Below, one piece after another: positions 28,634-32,000 of a stretch of DNA of 32,000 nt. The notes under the pieces were generated by a model. The model did no database searches and was not told where the DNA came from. It was given only the letters and a program-made list of their open reading frames with translations. The stretch is from Wolbachia endosymbiont of Dirofilaria (Dirofilaria) immitis (lineage in GTDB: Bacteria; Pseudomonadota; Alphaproteobacteria; Rickettsiales; Anaplasmataceae): contig NZ_CP046578.1 of assembly GCF_013365455.1 (NCBI RefSeq), positions 30,001 to 62,000 on the forward strand. Reading direction: 5' to 3'. Made by a program: the position numbers and the translations under genes. Numbering within the stretch: position 1 is the stretch's first letter; each line of letters begins with the position of its first letter.

Positions 28634-30911
28634 ATGACAAGAACAGTTGACATGTTACTCCCACTTCCACTTGACCAGTTATTTTTGTATGCAATTAAGG
28701 AAAATACTGAAGTTTCAATTAGGAATTATGTAGTGGTGCCATTTGGTAAAAATGTTAATCGGCATAATCTGGAAGTATAGCGATAAAAGCGGTCGGAAAT
28801 TAAAATTTGTTGGGCAGAAGATCGATTTACCACAATATTAGACCAAAGTGTTGATTGCATTTGTAGAGTGGGTTGCACGATATAATTTGATACCTATTGG
28901 TGTGCTTGCCAAGGTGATAATAGGAGGGGTGTTAAAAGTGAACCGAATAGATAAATTTGTTTATACTGAGCAAAAACAGGAAGTAGGTAAGATAAACTGC
29001 CAATTGAGTGCTGAACAGCAAGCAGCTAGTGATAAAATAATAGGAAACTTGAATAGGTATTCAGTAACTTTGCTTGGCGGTGAAACTGAGTCTGGAAAAA
29101 CAGAGGTTTATCTCTCTGTGGTTGCACAATTGATTAAGAATGACAGTAATCTACCTACCATTTCAAGCGCTGCTCAGACTTTACCATCTCAGTGCACAGA
29201 TATTGAAGTTCAGGAAGGAAAATTAATATCAAGTATATAATTATATCAACGTTATAATATAAGGGTGCTTTCTGCTAAAAATGATATTGCTTCAGTGCCT
29301 GAACACTGTGATCCAGGAGACTTCACTACAAATGAGCATACTAGGCAGTTGCATAATAAAGGCTGGGGTTCCAAGTGCTTGGATGTTAGGTGACCAGAGA
29401 GCGTTGAAATTGCCTCGAGAGAAGTTAAAATACGGCAAGTTTTTAGAGCGAGCCTTGAATGCCACTGAGCTAAGTTTCTTGGTACTTGATTGCAGATATG
29501 ATCTACCAATTGTGAAGTTAAAACAATTTCAGGAAGAAGGATTAAAACTTGTGCACACTAGTTGGCTTAATATAGTAAATTGGAATGTGCAGATAATTAT
29601 AGGGGCAAGATCAGTCCTTTTTTACCTTATAAGAACCTAAATTTATTATTGTTGTTATTGTTGATGAAGAGCACGATTCATCTTTTAAACAAGAGCAAGG
29701 GGCTATATAATGCTCAAAATATGGCAGTAGTCTTAGCTAAAATTGAAAATATCTCAATAGTTTTATTGTCAGCAGCTCCGTTTACTTGAAACCATTTATA
29801 ATGTTTAAAATGGCAATTACAATTATGTTAGGTTAGCTCGACGGTTTGGTGGTGCAGAATTGCCACTTATTAGAGTAGTAGGTATGAGAAATAATAAACA
29901 GTGGATCTCTGATGAGTTTTTTAAAGACATAGGACGAACTATAAAAAGAGATCAGCAGGCCATGCTTTTTTTTGAATCGCCGAGGGTATGTGCTCAGCTC
30001 GCAGTTTGTAAAAAATGCAGATATGAAATTTCCTGCTTTGAATTGTGCTGTTTGGCTTACATTTTACAAAAAAAAGAATGTTCTTTTATGTCGTCATTGC
30101 TCTTATCAATTGATGCTTCCAGAAGAATGTCCTAATTGCCTAAAGTGGACAGCCATTGTTTCTTTATGGTATAGGGATTGAAAGATTGCTTGAGAAAATA
30201 GTAAAATTAATACCAAATGCAAGAACTGCGATTGTGAGTAGTGATCAGAAATCAGTGAGTAACATTATTGACTTAATATTGAAGGAGAAAGTGAATGTTA
30301 TAATTGGTACGTAGATGATTGCTAAGAGACACAGTTTTTCTAAATTAACTTTAATTGGGATAATAAATGCAGATTTAGGACTTGAGAATTCTGATTTGAG
30401 GGCAGCAGAAAAAAACTTATCAGTTATTGCATCAAGTTGTAGGAAGGTCTAGAAGGTTTAACAAAAGAGGGAGTTATTTTATGAAATTGAACTTGAGTTG
30501 AGATTAAAAGCTAAAATACCACCTTTTAGAAGGTTAATAGCACTTATAATTTGCGGTAAGAATCAGATTGAAACACAAAAAGCAGCAAGTAGAATAACTA
30601 GCTTTTTGTATAGTCAATGTTTAACTACTGCTTCTTCTTTATTGTCATTCAGTGTATAGTACCAGAATCTAGAAGAAAAGAATTTGAAATTTTTTGTTCC
30701 ATTGCCGGCAGCAATAGATTTCTTAAGTAATAAGTATCGGTATAGGATATTACTGAAGATGTATAATAAACATTGTTTATCGGTACAAAAGAAGCTAAAA
30801 CATTGGATTCAAGAATATAATTTAAATTCGAGCATCACAGTTACAGTAGATGTTAGTCCTGTGAGTTTTTTAACAGATTTATTACAGAATGTTAAGCCTA
30901 AAATTAGATAA
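28634..30911 (+). pseudogene. priA: Primosomal replication-restart helicase PriA, pseudogene (multiple frameshifts and premature stops)
   Basis: PriA blocks are spread over all three + frames. They include MTRTVDMLLPLPL...VVVPFGK (ending at TAG 28778-28780) and an in-frame TAG at 28839-28841 inside KFVGQKIDLPQY*TKVLIAFVEWVARYNLIPIGV. Walker A is GETESGKTEVY (29079-29111) and the DEAH box is IVDEEHDSSFKQ (29657-29692). NRRGYV and the Cys-rich zinc-finger region (29972-30181) are split between two frames. GT*MIAK has TAG at 30312-30314, and the C-terminus YRYRILLK...VTVDVSPVSF ends at 30911. Confidence 0.92.
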
Positions 30912-32000
30912 TATTTTTTTATTCTATAGTTGATTAGGTAATTATCTACAAAAACTTTGTAAATTATGTTGGTTTATTGACCAAGCTCTTGATTTTTAGC
31001 AGAATTTATTATATTATTAACGTAATTAAAGCAAGGGGTATATAATCGAGTTAATTATGAAAGAATTTGTCAAGCTGGTAACAGAAAAAGTATTGGTTTA
31101 ATAGTAAACTTTATTGATAATGGTAAAGTAAAATTTGGTACTTGTTATAAATCTAATGGTTAAAAGGTGCTACATACAGAAGTTCTTCTTATTTTGCATG
31201 TAATCTGATAAGCAACTACTAGAAGATGTGATAAAGCATTTAAGAGGGGCGTTGCTGGATTATGTAAAGAACAATTTAATAAAGAATTAAGATAAAGGAC
31301 TTTATGCTTACATAAAATTTCAGAATAGAGAGGTGATATATTTATTACATTAAGCTATTAAAGTAATACACTTAGATAATGGCAGCCTTTTAGTAAAAGA
31401 CAAAAGGTAAGATTCTGTTGGATTTAGCTTAAGGAAAACAAGAGCTGCACTTTAATAATAATATGAGGAGAATAAAGCTAAGTCAAAGAAGGGAAGAGCT
31501 AGATATAGTGATTTAATTGATATTGTGCCCAGTTTTTTCTTGATGTTGGATTAAGTATTGCTACTATTTTAGTAGCTATTAATGCTAGTTTAGATATAAT
31601 AGTAGTATTTCCTTTTATTGTTAGAATAGTGGCTGAATTGGCTGTAATCTTTTTGGTTATATAAATAAGCTAAAACGATGAATGGTGTTTGTTAATATGG
31701 TTCTGAATTCTCTTTTGTTTATAAGACATATAAAAATAAATAACTTGCTGACGAGAGTTTTACAAAAGAATTTATTGAGTAACACAAAAATCTTGATGTG
31801 TTTCCCTTGCTCATTGTAGTAAATTAGGTGCTTAAGTAACTTGCTTTTTAGGTCCTATAATAATTTCAGCTCTCAGTCAGTTTTATATAAGATTAAATTG
31901 CCGCTTTTTTCTTTTCTCACTTATTTTTATCTAAAGAAGCTAGAATCTAGTATAGATTTTTTCTACCTCTGTGATATTATAAATTTATGGTCATAGATAA

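Noticed and set aside
29252-29509. Minus-strand 85-aa ORF and several + ORFs (28848-29240, 29281-29640, 29580-29789, 29860-30135, 29972-30181, 30684-30911) in the priA region
   Set aside because: The + ORFs are fragments of the single priA pseudogene, not separate genes. The minus ORF is an antisense shadow.
31521-31664. 47-codon hydrophobic open frame (…FFLDVGLSIATILVAINASLDIIVVFPFIVRIVAELAVIFLVI*) downstream of priA
   Set aside because: It has no start codon or RBS and is bounded by stops. It is probably a fragment of a decayed membrane protein gene.
1-32000. Search for a CRISPR array, a tandem repeat array, prophage or defence genes, a DnaA-box cluster/oriC, and SRP RNA, RNase P RNA or tmRNA signatures
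   Set aside because: There are no direct-repeat/spacer periodicity and no phage or defence-like ORFs. Only isolated partial DnaA-box-like 7-8-mers occur, with no cluster. No GGAAGCAGC (SRP), GAGGAAAGTCC (RNase P) or extra T-loop motifs were found by eye. A covariance-model scan would be needed to be definitive for ncRNAs.

Overview
Low-GC (about 30-33% by eye), gene-sparse bacterial chromosome segment. The gene content includes fused ispDF, a DhnA-type class I aldolase, an orphan nuoE, a lone mrpD-like subunit, psd-pssA, acpP-fabF, gatA, rnc, pyrD and tgt, plus tRNAs without encoded CCA. This looks like a reduced obligate-intracellular alphaproteobacterium of the Rickettsiales/Anaplasmataceae type. 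Wolbachia-like is my best guess, but that is inference from how the proteins look, not a database search. I can support 18 intact housekeeping CDS, 2 tRNAs (Glu-UUC, Cys-GCA) and one clearly shattered priA pseudogene. I also call one possible IS5-family transposase relic next to a perfect 15-bp inverted repeat, one good intrinsic terminator and three tentative sigma70-like promoters. Intact CDS cover only about 55% of the window (about 17.6 kb). Ten spacers longer than 500 bp (about 11 kb in total) are essentially ORF-free and look like eroded DNA. I do NOT see a defence island, CRISPR array, prophage, toxin-antitoxin pair or any other multi-gene accessory system, and I will not claim a novel system. 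Six items deserve a second look: (1) full-length decay of the replication-restart helicase gene priA; (2) an orphan 441-aa polytopic membrane protein whose His/Trp motifs resemble a divergent heme-copper oxidase subunit I with an incomplete CuB ligand set; (3) two long purine-loaded, cytosine-depleted tracts (G:C about 4-5:1 on the + strand) that do not look like coding sequence on either strand; (4) a 2.2-kb ORF-free spacer holding a stranded consensus Shine-Dalgarno plus ATG; (5) a 15-bp perfect palindromic duplication of ATGAAGTTCAGAAAA with a third diverged copy 21 kb away; (6) tRNA-Cys starting 5 nt after the aldolase stop codon.
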